Sequence record: OL780484.1
DNA: 64,000 nucleotides
DNA from: Escherichia phage vB_EcoM-E33
Reading direction: 5' to 3' (one strand)
Every line of letters starts with the position of its first letter. Within the stretch, counting starts at the first letter, position 1. The notes below the pieces were generated by a model. It saw only the letters and a program-made list of their open reading frames with translations, was not told the origin of the DNA and did not search any database. Both the position numbers and the translations under genes were made by a program. Positions 19,471-32,371 of this stretch are shown piece by piece.

Positions 19471-20120
19471 TTAAGATTCGCATGCCACCAAACAATAACC
19501 GTATGGTGAATGGTAAGAGCGTATATTCACTATACTTAATGCTCAAACATCACTTCAATGCCAAATACGACGTTATAAAATATAACTGGGTCATGCGAAT
19601 CTCTGATACGGCTTATCAAAAACGTCGTGACAAATATTTCTTTGAGAAATTGAGTGATAAATACACTTTGAAAGAGCTTGCTCTTATCTTCATGAGTAAC
19701 TTGGTGGCTAACCAAGACGCATGGATTGGCGACATCAGTGATGCTGACGCCTTAGTCTTTTACCGAGAATATATCGGTAGACTTAAAAGAATAAAACAAG
19801 TTTTTGAGGATGATATCAAAAACATTTATTATTTTAGTAAGAAAGTGGAAGTTCAAGCGCTTTCTGAAATTTTTGATTATAATAAAAAAGTTAACTCGAG
19901 CTATATTTTTAAGCTCCTTCAATCGAATGTGATTTCATTCGAAACGTTTATTTTGCTTGATTCATTTATGGATATAATAAATAAACATGATGAACAGACC
20001 AACGATTTAGTATGGTCTAAGTATTCGACTAAATTAAATGCTTATAAGAAAATTCTTATAATCGATAATTTAGAAGCTCGTAAATGGTTCATTGAAACTA
20101 TCAAATCTTGTAAGTTTTAA
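19467..20120 (+). CDS. 59: gp59 helicase loader
   Basis: 217 aa; high collinear similarity to remembered T4 gp59 (KYDVIKYNW, AYQKRRDKYFF-KLS-KY-LKELALIF-SNLVANQDAWIGDISDADALVFYREYIGRLK). Confidence 0.9.
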   Translation: MIKIRMPPNNNRMVNGKSVYSLYLMLKHHFNAKYDVIKYNWVMRISDTAYQKRRDKYFFEKLSDKYTLKELALIFMSNLVANQDAWIGDISDADALVFYREYIGRLKRIKQVFEDDIKNIYYFSKKVEVQALSEIFDYNKKVNSSYIFKLLQSNVISFETFILLDSFMDIINKHDEQTNDLVWSKYSTKLNAYKKILIIDNLEARKWFIETIKSCKF

Positions 20121-20148
20121 TGCTTCAAACCAACTGTGTTAATATACT
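20119..20148 (+). promoter_or_regulatory. MotA-dependent middle promoter of gene 32 (MotA box TGCTTCA, about 12 nt spacer, TAATAT)
   Basis: motif and spacing read from sequence. Confidence 0.5.
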
Positions 20149-20209
20149 AACTCAATCTGTTAAAAACTGTTAATAAAATATAACTGCTAAATCTGCTAAG
20201 GTAAATAAT

Positions 20210-21115
20210 ATGTTTAAACGTAAAGACCCTTCCCAACTGGCTGCTCAACTGTCTGCAATGAAAGGTGGTTCTTCTTTCTCTTCCGATGATAAAGCTGAAT
20301 GGAAATTGAAAGATGACAATGGCGTTGGTACTGCGGTAATTCGTTTCCTACCTTCGAAAAACGAAGAAAATCCATCTCCATTCATTAAGCTCGTTAACCA
20401 CGGCTTTAAGAAAAATGGTCAATGGTACATTGAAAACTGTACGTCTACACACGGTGATTTCGATTCATGTCCTGTATGTAAATACATGAACCAGAATGAT
20501 ACCTTTAATACTAATAATGCCGAATACAAACTGATGAAACGTAAAACTTCCTTCTGGGCTAACATCCTTGTTATTAAGGATAGTGCAGTGCCTGCTAACG
20601 AAGGTAAAGTGTTTAAATTCCGTTTCGGTCAGAAAATTATGGATAAAATCAACCAGATGGTTGAAGTTGATACCGATATTGGTGAAGTGCCGGTTGACGT
20701 AACATGTCCGTTTGATGGTGCGAACTTCGTACTGAAATCTAAGAAAGTTGGCGACTTCAAGAACTATGACGATTCCAAATTCATGGGTCAGTCTGAAATT
20801 CCTAACATCAATGATGAAGCTTACCAAGCTAAATTGATGGAAGAAATGCACGACCTTTCTAAACTGCTCGATTTCAAATCATTCGAAACTAACGAAGCCA
20901 AGTTTAAGAAAGTTGTTGGTACAGCTGCTCTTGGTGGTGCTGCCGCTAAAGCTTCTGCAGCCGCTGATAAGATTGGTGATGACCTGGACGCATTCAGTGC
21001 AGACCTTGATGCATATGATTCTAAACCATCTACACCGACTCGTTCCACTACTCCTGAGCCGTCAGTAAGTCCTTCTGATGACGATGGTCTGGACGACCTG
21101 TTAGCTGGTCTATAA
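20210..21115 (+). CDS. 32: gp32 single-stranded DNA-binding protein
   Basis: 301 aa; strong similarity to remembered T4 gp32 ([51 protein letters not shown], acidic Ala/Asp-rich C-tail). Confidence 0.95.
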   Translation: MFKRKDPSQLAAQLSAMKGGSSFSSDDKAEWKLKDDNGVGTAVIRFLPSKNEENPSPFIKLVNHGFKKNGQWYIENCTSTHGDFDSCPVCKYMNQNDTFNTNNAEYKLMKRKTSFWANILVIKDSAVPANEGKVFKFRFGQKIMDKINQMVEVDTDIGEVPVDVTCPFDGANFVLKSKKVGDFKNYDDSKFMGQSEIPNINDEAYQAKLMEEMHDLSKLLDFKSFETNEAKFKKVVGTAALGGAAAKASAAADKIGDDLDAFSADLDAYDSKPSTPTRSTTPEPSVSPSDDDGLDDLLAGL

Positions 21116-21131
21116 GTTATTGATTTATAAT

Positions 21132-21157
21132 GGGAAGACTTCGGTCTTCCCTTTTTG
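21132..21157 (+). terminator. intrinsic terminator after gene 32 (gggaagac-UUCG-gtcttccc plus T-run)
   Basis: hairpin plus TTTTT. Confidence 0.65.
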
Positions 21158-21167
21158 GCATTTAATG

Positions 21168-21196
21168 GTTTACAACGCCTTTAAACGTGATACTAT
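21168..21196 (+). promoter_or_regulatory. T4-type early promoter
   Basis: GTTTACA, spacer, GATACTATAG. Confidence 0.55.
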
Positions 21197-21224
21197 AGAC
21201 CTATCAACTACATGAGGAAATAAA

Positions 21225-21614
21225 ATGGAAATCGGTAAAACTTATGAACTTCGTCCTGAATGCATTAAAGACTTTATTGAAATGGACGAATATGAAAATA
21301 ATAAAAGCATGGTCGACCTTATCCAAGACAACGGAGGTTGGTTTGAAGTAAAGGATATGTTGACTATGGATGGCGACAAATTTGTGACTGAAATCGAATG
21401 TGCAAATGGCGAGATTTATAATGCATTTGGGTTGGTGCCAAATTATTTTGAGTTGCATGAAGATGAGTTCTATTGCTTCTGTGAATATGTTGTGGAAGAT
21501 AAAGAAATCGATGAGCCTATTGCTAAGGCCGGTGTGACTCAAATCCATTGCATTGTCACCGAACAGAACGTTGACCAAATCATTGAACTTTTGCAAAAAA
21601 CTTTTAAGGCCTAA
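21225..21614 (+). CDS. hypothetical protein, 129 aa (32-frd accessory cluster)
   Basis: ORF track; RBS GAGGAAATAAA. Confidence 0.55.
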   Translation: MEIGKTYELRPECIKDFIEMDEYENNKSMVDLIQDNGGWFEVKDMLTMDGDKFVTEIECANGEIYNAFGLVPNYFELHEDEFYCFCEYVVEDKEIDEPIAKAGVTQIHCIVTEQNVDQIIELLQKTFKA

Positions 21615-21615
21615 T

Positions 21616-21876
21616 ATGACTAAAGATGATTTCCTGGATGCAGTAGAAAAAGCCAGTGAGAAATTTGAAGTGATGGGTGTACGAGTTCATAAAGACCGAA
21701 ATTACGGGCTCGATATCCAAACTTATTCATTATGGCTTGTAGGTGAACATAGTCTTGTAACCACCTTAGTTATGGGTGTTGATGCCCAACCTTTACTGGT
21801 TAAATTTAGAAGTATGGAAAAAGCTACCAAAGAAATGATTAAGCTTGGTAAATGGCTTGATAAAATTCAAAAATAA
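21616..21876 (+). CDS. hypothetical protein, 86 aa
   Basis: internal ATG immediately after the upstream stop. Confidence 0.45.
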   Translation: MTKDDFLDAVEKASEKFEVMGVRVHKDRNYGLDIQTYSLWLVGEHSLVTTLVMGVDAQPLLVKFRSMEKATKEMIKLGKWLDKIQK

Positions 21877-21877
21877 G

Positions 21878-21907
21878 TGTTTACAATGCCTTTAAACATG
21901 ATACTAT
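21878..21907 (+). promoter_or_regulatory. T4-type early promoter
   Basis: GTTTACA, spacer, GATACTATAG. Confidence 0.55.
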
Positions 21908-21939
21908 AGACCTATCAACTAATGAGTGAGGAAAATAAA

Positions 21940-22167
21940 ATGGCTAAGGTTAATATTGATATCGTTGATTTTGAATACACTTACGAAGTTATCCGTAATC
22001 GTTATCCTTCTTTAGTTATGACCCATATTAAAGATACCCAATTCTGTAGTATGCAAATTGAAGTCCAAGGTCCTCTTGAAGACCTTACCCGCTTTATGGC
22101 TGACGAGTATTGTGACGGTATGCACCTGGAAGACGCTAAATTTTATATGGGCCTAATTCAAAAATAA
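21940..22167 (+). CDS. hypothetical protein, 75 aa
   Basis: ATG preceded by GAGTGAGGAAAATAAA. Confidence 0.5.
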   Translation: MAKVNIDIVDFEYTYEVIRNRYPSLVMTHIKDTQFCSMQIEVQGPLEDLTRFMADEYCDGMHLEDAKFYMGLIQK

Positions 22168-22197
22168 GTTTACACCAGGCTATGGTAGTGATACTAT
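22168..22197 (+). promoter_or_regulatory. T4-type early promoter with spacer inverted repeat (ggctat/atagcc)
   Basis: GTTTACA, spacer, GATACTATAG. Confidence 0.5.
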
Positions 22198-22222
22198 AGC
22201 CTTATCAACTAAGGAGAATAAA

Positions 22223-23905
<1,683 letters not shown>

Positions 23906-23966
23906 AAATTCAAATAATCTGTACTCTGTTTTTGGTTATTATGGTTGGGCTGAATTTGGTGCTATA

Positions 23967-24260
23967 ATGAGAGTTTGCAGAGTTGTTAACAAGTATAAAG
24001 AAGACTTTGATGTCAATATCCAACGTGGAACTATGTGGGGTAATCCATTTAAAGATGGAACCCGCGAGGAAAACATCAAGAACTTTAAAGAATACTTTAT
24101 TGCTAAAATAAAATCGGGCGAAATTAAAAGAGAACATCTTGAAACCCTTAGAGGTATGCGTATAGCGTGTACCTGTAAACCTAAGGACTGTCATGGGGAT
24201 GTGATAGCCCTGGTTGTTAACAAACTTTTCAAAGACACGTTCTCATTAGAAGACCTATAA
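23967..24260 (+). CDS. hypothetical protein, 97 aa, with a C-x-C-x5-C-x-G motif
   Basis: ORF track. Confidence 0.5.
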   Translation: MRVCRVVNKYKEDFDVNIQRGTMWGNPFKDGTREENIKNFKEYFIAKIKSGEIKREHLETLRGMRIACTCKPKDCHGDVIALVVNKLFKDTFSLEDL

Positions 24261-24269
24261 ATATCAGTC

Positions 24270-24296
24270 CATGCTTAACAGGTTCTATGATAGAAT
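24270..24296 (+). promoter_or_regulatory. possible MotA-type middle promoter upstream of nrdA (TGCTTAA then TAGAAT); a TATAAATA late-type motif also lies at 24256..24263
   Basis: motifs read from sequence. Confidence 0.35.
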
Positions 24297-24326
24297 AATT
24301 ATAGAACCTAACATATTGAGGAAATT

Positions 24327-26582
24327 ATGCAAGTACAAAAAAGTAGTGGTGTATCCCAAGATTTTGACGCACAAAAAATTATTAAAGTTCTGACTTGGGG
24401 CTGTGAAGGAACCCAAATCGACCCCTATGAATTATACGAAGAAATCAAATCCCATCTTCGTGACGGTATGACTACCAAAGATATCCAAAATCTGACTGTT
24501 AAGGTAGCAGCCAACCTTATCTCGGTTGAAGAGCCTGATTACCAATATGTTGCTGCAAAAGAATTGATGTTTGCACTGCGTAAAGAAGTTTATGGGCAGT
24601 TCGAACCACGTAGCTTTATCGACCATATTTCCTATTGTGTTAACGAAGGTAAATATGACCCTGAATTGTTGTCTCGATATTCTGCAGAAGAAATTACTTT
24701 CTTAGAATCTCATATAAAGCATGAACGCGATTTCGAATTGACTTATGCTGGTGCGATGCAGCTTAAAGAGAAATATCTGGTTAAAGATAAAACAACCGGT
24801 AAAATCTACGAAACCCCTCAGTTCGCTATCATGTGTATTGGTATGGCCTTACACCAAGACGAGCCGGGTAATCGTTTAGCACATATTATTCGTTTTTATG
24901 ATGCTGTAAGTACCCGTCAGGTTTCATTACCAACTCCTATTATGGCTGGAGCACGTACACCAACCCGTCAATTTAGTTCTTGTGTGGTTATTGAAGCAGG
25001 CGACTCACTGAAATCTATTAACAAAACTGCTAACTCAATAATTGAATACATTTCTAAACGTGCCGGTATTGGTATCAACGTTGGTATGATTCGTGCTGAA
25101 GGTTCTCGTATTGGCATGGGCGAAGTCAAGCATACCGGTGTTATTCCATTCTGGAAACATTTCCAGACTGCTGTTAAATCATGTTCACAAGGTGGAATCC
25201 GTGGCGGCGCTGCTACTGCTTATTATCCTATTTGGCATTTGGAAGTTGAAAATCTGCTCGTTCTGAAAAACAACAAGGGTGTCGATGAGAACCGTATTCG
25301 TCATATGGACTATGGAATCCAGTTGAACGACCTGATGATGGAACGTTTCGGTAAGAATGATTACATTACTCTGTTTAGTCCTCATGAAATGGGTGGTGAG
25401 CTTTACTATTCTTATTTCGAAGACCAAGACCGTTTCCGTGAATTGTATGAAGCCGCAGAAAAAGACCCTAGTATTCGTAAGAAACGTATTAAGGCACGTG
25501 ACCTCTTTGAATTGTTCATGACTGAACGTTCAGGCACTGCACGAATTTATCCTCAATTCGTTGATAACACTAACAACTTCACACCATTTATTCGTGAGAA
25601 AGCTCCTATTCGCCAGAGCAACTTGTGTTGTGAAATTGCTATCCCGACTACTGACGTGAATAGTCCTGACGCTGAAATTGGTTTGTGTACGTTGTCTGCA
25701 TTCGTATTGGATAACTTCGATTGGCAGGACCAAGACAAAATCAACGAGCTGGCTGAAGTACAAGTACGTGCACTTGATAACCTGTTGGACTATCAAGATT
25801 ATCCTGTTCCTGAAGCTCTGAAGGCTAAGAAACGTCGTAACCTGGGTGTTGGTGTTACGAACTACGCCGCTTGGTTAGCAAGCAACTTTGCTTCTTATGA
25901 AGACGCTAACGATTTAACTCATGAATTGTTTGAGAGATTACAATATGGACTTATCCGAGCATCCATCAAGCTGGCCGAAGAAAAAGGACATTGCGAGTAT
26001 TATTCAGACACTAAATGGTCTCGAGGCGAATTACCTATCGACTGGTACAATAAAAAGATTGACCAAATCGCAGCCCCTAACTATGTTTGTGACTGGACGT
26101 CGTTGCGGGAAGACTTGGCTAAACATGGCATCCGTAATAGCACATTATCAGCACTTATGCCGTGTGAATCAAGCAGCCAGGTTTCCAACTCTACAAACGG
26201 TATCGAACCTCCACGTGGTCCGGTAAGTATTAAAGAATCTAAAGAAGGTAACTTCCGTCAGGTAGTTCCTAATGTAGAACATAACCAAGGACTCTACGAT
26301 TACGCTTGGACCCTTGCTAAGAAAGGTAATAAACCTTATCTTACCCAAGTGGCAATAGCGTTGAAATGGGTGTGTCAATCAGCATCAGCGAATACATATT
26401 ACGACCCACAGATTTTCCCAAAAGGAAAAGTTCCGATGTCGGTAATGCTTGATGACCTGCTGTATTTCTGGTACTACGGCGGTAAGAACCTTTACTATCA
26501 TAACACCCGTGATGGCTCTGGTACTGATGACTACGAAATCGAAACTCCTAAAGCCGACGATTGTGCAGCTTGTAAGCTTTAA
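24327..26582 (+). CDS. nrdA: ribonucleotide reductase large subunit
   Basis: 751 aa; very high collinear similarity to remembered T4 NrdA. Confidence 0.95.
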   Translation: MQVQKSSGVSQDFDAQKIIKVLTWGCEGTQIDPYELYEEIKSHLRDGMTTKDIQNLTVKVAANLISVEEPDYQYVAAKELMFALRKEVYGQFEPRSFIDHISYCVNEGKYDPELLSRYSAEEITFLESHIKHERDFELTYAGAMQLKEKYLVKDKTTGKIYETPQFAIMCIGMALHQDEPGNRLAHIIRFYDAVSTRQVSLPTPIMAGARTPTRQFSSCVVIEAGDSLKSINKTANSIIEYISKRAGIGINVGMIRAEGSRIGMGEVKHTGVIPFWKHFQTAVKSCSQGGIRGGAATAYYPIWHLEVENLLVLKNNKGVDENRIRHMDYGIQLNDLMMERFGKNDYITLFSPHEMGGELYYSYFEDQDRFRELYEAAEKDPSIRKKRIKARDLFELFMTERSGTARIYPQFVDNTNNFTPFIREKAPIRQSNLCCEIAIPTTDVNSPDAEIGLCTLSAFVLDNFDWQDQDKINELAEVQVRALDNLLDYQDYPVPEALKAKKRRNLGVGVTNYAAWLASNFASYEDANDLTHELFERLQYGLIRASIKLAEEKGHCEYYSDTKWSRGELPIDWYNKKIDQIAAPNYVCDWTSLREDLAKHGIRNSTLSALMPCESSSQVSNSTNGIEPPRGPVSIKESKEGNFRQVVPNVEHNQGLYDYAWTLAKKGNKPYLTQVAIALKWVCQSASANTYYDPQIFPKGKVPMSVMLDDLLYFWYYGGKNLYYHNTRDGSGTDDYEIETPKADDCAACKL

Positions 26583-26635
26583 TAAAATCTGATTATAATT
26601 GACTCATGGATGAGTCACTAACAAATGAGAATAAC

Positions 26636-27814
26636 ATGTCTACAGTTTTTAATACCACCCCAGTTGATGTTTTAGTCGAACCGATGTTCTTTGGTTCAGG
26701 ATTGGGTATTGCTCGTTATGATATCCAACGCCATAAAGTATTCGAAGAGCTTTGTGAGAAGCAGTTGAGTTTTTTCTGGCGTCCAGAGGAAGTTAACTTG
26801 ATGATGGATGCTGCCCAGTTTAATAAGCTTCCACAATTCCAGCAAAATATTTTTACCAATAATCTGAAGTATCAATCACTTCTGGATAGTATCCAAGGAC
26901 GTGCTCCTTCTGCTGCACTTCAAGCCTTGATTTCAGACCCTAGCCTTGATACATGGGTGGCTACATGGACCTTTAGTGAGACTATTCACTCTCGTTCATA
27001 TACCCATATCATGCGTAACCTCTATACAGACCCGTCAAAGGTATTTGATGAAATTCTGTTAGATGACGCTATTATGAAACGTGCTGAATCTATTGGTCGT
27101 TATTACGACGACGTTATTGAGAAAACTCGCTATTGGCAGAATGCTAAAGCTGATATCGAATACCAAAAAGAAATTAATGCAGACGAAGACGATATTGAAG
27201 ATGCTATTGAGCATGAGATGTATTGGAAGCGTGAGCTAATGAAATCCCTTTACCTTTGCCTTCATGTAATCAACGCATTGGAAGCTATTCGTTTTTATGT
27301 ATCTTTCGCATGCACCTTTAACTTCCATAAAAACATGGAAATCATGGAAGGTAATGCTAAGATTATGAAGTTCATTGCACGTGATGAACAGCTTCACCTT
27401 AAAGGTACTCAGTACATTATTCGTCAACTCCAACTTGGTACTGACGGTGACGAATGGGTTAAAATTGCTCAAGAGTGTGAACAAGAAGCAGTTGATATTT
27501 TCATGGAAGTTAACCGTCAAGAAAAAGAATGGGCTGCTCACCTGTTCAAAGATGGTACTTGCCCTGGATTAAATACTCAGAACATGGGTGCTTTTGTCGA
27601 TTACCTGACAGTTTCTCGTATGAAGCAATGTGGCTTACCGTGTCCTATTACTGATGCTCCTGCCCGCCATCCTTATCCTTGGATTCGCGAATACCTGAAC
27701 TCTGATGCTGTACAGGCTGCTCCTCAGGAAGTGGAAATAAGTTCTTACCTTGTAGCACAAATTGATAACGATGTCGATGAAAAAGTAATGGCATCGTACA
27801 AGAAATATTTTTAA
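26636..27814 (+). CDS. nrdB: ribonucleotide reductase small subunit, uninterrupted
   Basis: 392 aa from MSTVFNT; matches the remembered T4 NrdB N-terminus; no intron. Confidence 0.9.
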   Translation: MSTVFNTTPVDVLVEPMFFGSGLGIARYDIQRHKVFEELCEKQLSFFWRPEEVNLMMDAAQFNKLPQFQQNIFTNNLKYQSLLDSIQGRAPSAALQALISDPSLDTWVATWTFSETIHSRSYTHIMRNLYTDPSKVFDEILLDDAIMKRAESIGRYYDDVIEKTRYWQNAKADIEYQKEINADEDDIEDAIEHEMYWKRELMKSLYLCLHVINALEAIRFYVSFACTFNFHKNMEIMEGNAKIMKFIARDEQLHLKGTQYIIRQLQLGTDGDEWVKIAQECEQEAVDIFMEVNRQEKEWAAHLFKDGTCPGLNTQNMGAFVDYLTVSRMKQCGLPCPITDAPARHPYPWIREYLNSDAVQAAPQEVEISSYLVAQIDNDVDEKVMASYKKYF

Positions 27815-27841
27815 GGAATGGGGCTTCGGCCCCTTATTGCT

Positions 27842-28255
27842 ATGAAAGAAATCGCAGACGAATTTAGCTTTATCAAGTACGTCACCCTAGAACTCCAAGA
27901 TGACGCCACCATAGCTCCACTCACAGTACCAAATAAACAAAATGTCATATATGCTATAGCGGTTGATGATATACTAGTCTACGTCGGGAAGACTAAAAAT
28001 CTTCGTAAGCGCATCAACTACTACCGAACCGCTATTAATCGTAAGGACCAAACGTCGGATTCGACTAAGTCCATTCTGATTCATGAAGCATTAATGGCAG
28101 GTAAAAAGGTGGAGTTCTATGCACGGCAGTGCTTTAATCTGTCGATGACTAACGAACTTGGAACTATGTCAGTTGAGACCATGTCTCTTGAAGAGCCAAT
28201 GTTCATAAAGAAATTTAATCCACCTTGGAATACCCAACATAGGATAAAGCAATGA
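27842..28255 (+). CDS. denA: endonuclease II
   Basis: 137 aa from MKEIADEF; near-identical blocks to remembered T4 DenA (VYVGKTKNLRKRINYYRTAINRKD-TSDSTKS, FYARQCFNLSMTNELGTM). Confidence 0.9.
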   Translation: MKEIADEFSFIKYVTLELQDDATIAPLTVPNKQNVIYAIAVDDILVYVGKTKNLRKRINYYRTAINRKDQTSDSTKSILIHEALMAGKKVEFYARQCFNLSMTNELGTMSVETMSLEEPMFIKKFNPPWNTQHRIKQ

Positions 28256-29400
28256 TTGAATTATATGATAACTTGATGGCCCTGGTTAAAAACTCGACTA
28301 AATCTAAGTTCTTCTTTAAAGACTTTCAGAGTGCTCTAGGAGTCAACTATCGCATCTTTAGTTATAACTACGCATCATACAGTGATTGGTTGGAAGACGG
28401 CGCACTAGAGTGCCGAGGCATTATGTTTGAAATGGACGAGAAAGGTCCTGTACGTATTGCCGCTCGTCCTATGCAAAAGTTCTTTAACCTCGACGAAAAC
28501 CCTATGACTATCGGTCTGGATTTGTCGCCAGAAAATATCGACCTCGTAATGGCTAAGGAAGATGGTTCTCTGATTTCTACATTCATGGACCGACAGTATC
28601 TTTCTGTTAAATCTAAAGGCTCTATCCATTCATCAATGGTGCATGATTCTTTACGGTTCCTTCGTCTCCCTGAGAACGAGGCTTTTGCCGCACGTCTAGA
28701 AGAAATCACCAAAGCTGGGTATACCTGCAACCTTGAATATGTTGCACCTACCAACCGTATCGTGCTGGCTTACCAAGAAACAAATCTCATCCTGTTGAAC
28801 GTTCGTAATAATGAAACCGGTGAATATATTCCATATGCGGAATTGTTTAAGGACGGCGCACTGCGTAAGCATTTGGTTGAAAGCTATGAGCTCGCTGAGG
28901 GCGATTTCGTAGAAAACATCCGTAAGCAGGAAGGCATTGAAGGTTTCATCTTTGTACTGAAAGATGGTACGTTCTTTAAACTCAAAACCGCCTGGTACAG
29001 TGCACTGCATCATACCAAAGATTCCATTAACAACAACGAACGTTTGTTTGAAGTTGTAGTGGCTGGTGGAACTGATGACCTTCGTGGTCTGTTCAGTACA
29101 GATTCCTTTGCTATCGAGAAAATCGATGCCTTTGAACGCATCCATTTAGATTACCTAGAACAATCATTAGCCTTGTTAGAAGCAGCTTACTCTCAACTCA
29201 AAGGTCGCGACCGTAAAGACTATGCCGTTACTGGACAGCTAATCCTTAAGGACTTCCCAGGGTTGTTCTCTATTCTTATGCAGGCGTACGTAGGCGGTAT
29301 TAATTATGATACGGTCATGGACCAGATTAACTCTGTGTTCTTGAAAAATCATAAGGCCCAAATCCCTGAAAAATATTTGAAAGAAATTGTGGTAGAGTAG
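28252..29400 (+). CDS. rnlA: RNA ligase 1
   Basis: 382 aa; similarity to remembered T4 Rnl1 (YRIFSYNYASYSDW, ALECRGIMFEMD, APTNRIVLAYQE, LLNVR-NETGEYI). Confidence 0.85.
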   Translation: MIELYDNLMALVKNSTKSKFFFKDFQSALGVNYRIFSYNYASYSDWLEDGALECRGIMFEMDEKGPVRIAARPMQKFFNLDENPMTIGLDLSPENIDLVMAKEDGSLISTFMDRQYLSVKSKGSIHSSMVHDSLRFLRLPENEAFAARLEEITKAGYTCNLEYVAPTNRIVLAYQETNLILLNVRNNETGEYIPYAELFKDGALRKHLVESYELAEGDFVENIRKQEGIEGFIFVLKDGTFFKLKTAWYSALHHTKDSINNNERLFEVVVAGGTDDLRGLFSTDSFAIEKIDAFERIHLDYLEQSLALLEAAYSQLKGRDRKDYAVTGQLILKDFPGLFSILMQAYVGGINYDTVMDQINSVFLKNHKAQIPEKYLKEIVVE

Positions 29401-29429
29401 TTTACATCTCCTCATGACGTGTTAGTATA
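29400..29429 (+). promoter_or_regulatory. T4-type early promoter embedded in a stem-loop (tctcctcat ... atgaggaga) whose 3-prime arm is the SD of the alc-position gene
   Basis: GTTTACA, spacer, TAGTAT; inverted repeat read from sequence. Confidence 0.5.
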
Positions 29430-29458
29430 GACTTACCAACTAATGAGGAGAAAACAAA

Positions 29459-29959
29459 ATGAATATGCAAATGATTACTAACGAAATGGTTGTTAAGGCT
29501 TTTGGTGACTCTACTGACGGCATCCAAGTTTTTAAAGGTTCTCGTGCAGTAGGTTACCTGACCGATCTTCGTGTCACTTTAGCTAAAAATGCTAAAAAGA
29601 AAATCAAGCAAAAAGAATACTCTACCCGTTATGCAGAAGAAAAGCGTGAAGCAATGCCTCAAGCTGTTAACTCTATGGTCGAGTTTCTCCAAAACAACCT
29701 TTCCAAATACGATGCCGAGGTGTTTATTAATATTAGCCAACCTAATGTTAAAATCTCAGGCATCACGTTCTATTTGATTTGCGACCCATTAAGCGACAAG
29801 TTTAATCGCCTTGGCATTTCAAGTCCTTACCATACCGCTGAAGAATTGTGTTTTATGTTCGAAACGTACAAAATTCAGTGTGAAAATCCTAAAACAGTTC
29901 TTATTAATTCCCTGTCACGTGATGACATCATCGAGATTATTACCAAATGTCTAAATTAA
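29459..29959 (+). CDS. alc: Alc-like protein (inhibitor of host transcription), by position and size
   Basis: 166 aa; synteny rnlA-alc-pseT.x-pseT; sequence identity not verifiable from memory. Confidence 0.55.
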   Translation: MNMQMITNEMVVKAFGDSTDGIQVFKGSRAVGYLTDLRVTLAKNAKKKIKQKEYSTRYAEEKREAMPQAVNSMVEFLQNNLSKYDAEVFINISQPNVKISGITFYLICDPLSDKFNRLGISSPYHTAEELCFMFETYKIQCENPKTVLINSLSRDDIIEIITKCLN

Positions 29960-30300
29960 GTATTTACCTTTTAGCTGGAGCCATTGCAGTAGGTGCTTAC
30001 GGTTTTATTTCGTATCAATCAAGTCGTATTGATACCCTTACTGAAGAACTGAAAACTACCCAGCAAACGGCCAAACAGAATGCCGAAGCCGTAGAGGACC
30101 TACGTGGCCAATACTCGGATATTGAATTCCGTACTACTGAAATGAATGCCCGAATGGATAAAATTAAGGTAGAAAATGAAAAGCTCCGTAAAGATTCGAA
30201 GAAGGCGCACGTGGTGGCAAGTAAGCCAGGATTGGTCGAAAAACAAATCAACAAGTCCTTCGATTCCTTTACAGAAGACTTCAGGAGCATTACAGAATGA
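29947..30300 (+). CDS. i-spanin (inner membrane spanin; T4 pseT.3 position)
   Basis: 117 aa; N-terminal TMD LLAGAIAVGAYGFI then charged coiled-coil region. Confidence 0.7.
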   Translation: MSKLSIYLLAGAIAVGAYGFISYQSSRIDTLTEELKTTQQTAKQNAEAVEDLRGQYSDIEFRTTEMNARMDKIKVENEKLRKDSKKAHVVASKPGLVEKQINKSFDSFTEDFRSITE

Positions 30301-30587
30301 TTAAATTATCTGTGGTAGTATTATCTATTGGCTTGTTAGTTGGATGTGCCCAGGACATCCCTGTAGTGCCTAAGCAACAACTACATCCTTCATGGCCACA
30401 ACCTATTGCCAAACATAATGTTAAATGGCAGGTTAAGGTAATCGATGGTAAAGCTTGGGTTGGAATGCCATTTGAAGATTCCCAAGAACATCGTATTTGG
30501 TTGAATGACGTAAAAAGATATGTACAAGACCAGAAATCTATGTTATGTTATTATCGTTCTGGACTAAAAGAGGGGAAGTGCAAATGA
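30297..30587 (+). CDS. o-spanin (outer membrane lipoprotein spanin; T4 pseT.2 position)
   Basis: 96 aa; signal peptide with lipobox LLVGC; ATGA overlap with the i-spanin gene. Confidence 0.7.
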   Translation: MIKLSVVVLSIGLLVGCAQDIPVVPKQQLHPSWPQPIAKHNVKWQVKVIDGKAWVGMPFEDSQEHRIWLNDVKRYVQDQKSMLCYYRSGLKEGKCK

Positions 30588-30690
30588 TTGAGACATGCGT
30601 TTGCGGTTGGGATGCCGTTAGATTTGGCGCTGCATTCTTTTGTTTTGGGATTGTGTTCAGCATGTGTATGCATGGTCTTTTCGGAAAGTA

Positions 30691-30720
30691 GTTTACAAAC
30701 TCTTGGGAGCAGAGTATAAT
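30691..30720 (+). promoter_or_regulatory. T4-type early promoter (GTTTACA, 17 nt spacer, TATAAT), spacer inverted repeat ggagca/tgctcc
   Basis: motif read from sequence. Confidence 0.55.
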
Positions 30721-30754
30721 GCTCCTACGGATTATAAAAATTGAGGAAATTATT

Positions 30755-31958
<1,204 letters not shown>

Positions 31959-31959
<1 letters not shown>

Positions 31960-32156
31960 TGAATAATATCGAAAAGATTTTTCGTACAATCGAAGAAATT
32001 GAAAAACGTAAATGCTTTTTCTTCGGCGTATGGCCTTTAACTGATGGACGTATTGGCCTGGATGTTATGGACTATAAAGATGAAGACAAGGTCGATGGTG
32101 GTATTTTTAAATCCGCTCCTGAACTCCTTGCCTTCTTGGAAGAACATTATGTATAA
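31959..32156 (+). CDS. hypothetical protein, 65 aa (cd.x cluster)
   Basis: ATG overlapping the pnk stop (TAATG). Confidence 0.4.
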
Positions 32157-32364
32157 CAAACACCACGAAGTTGAAGAAGAAGCTTATAAAGAGCTTCAGA
32201 AACTGGTAGGTCAGAATATGTCTCCTACCCTCATTAACTCACTAGCAGCCCTTCGTAATGACCTCAATGAACGTTACAAAGGCGAGTACTATGTTGAGTT
32301 CGTTCCTCTGACTGAAGTCGTTGACCGGTTTATTGTTAACGTGAAGGTCCATACAGTACACTGA
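32149..32364 (+). CDS. hypothetical protein, 71 aa
   Basis: internal ATG of ORF 32044..32364. Confidence 0.4.
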   Translation: MYNKHHEVEEEAYKELQKLVGQNMSPTLINSLAALRNDLNERYKGEYYVEFVPLTEVVDRFIVNVKVHTVH

Positions 32365-32371
32365 GGTAATT

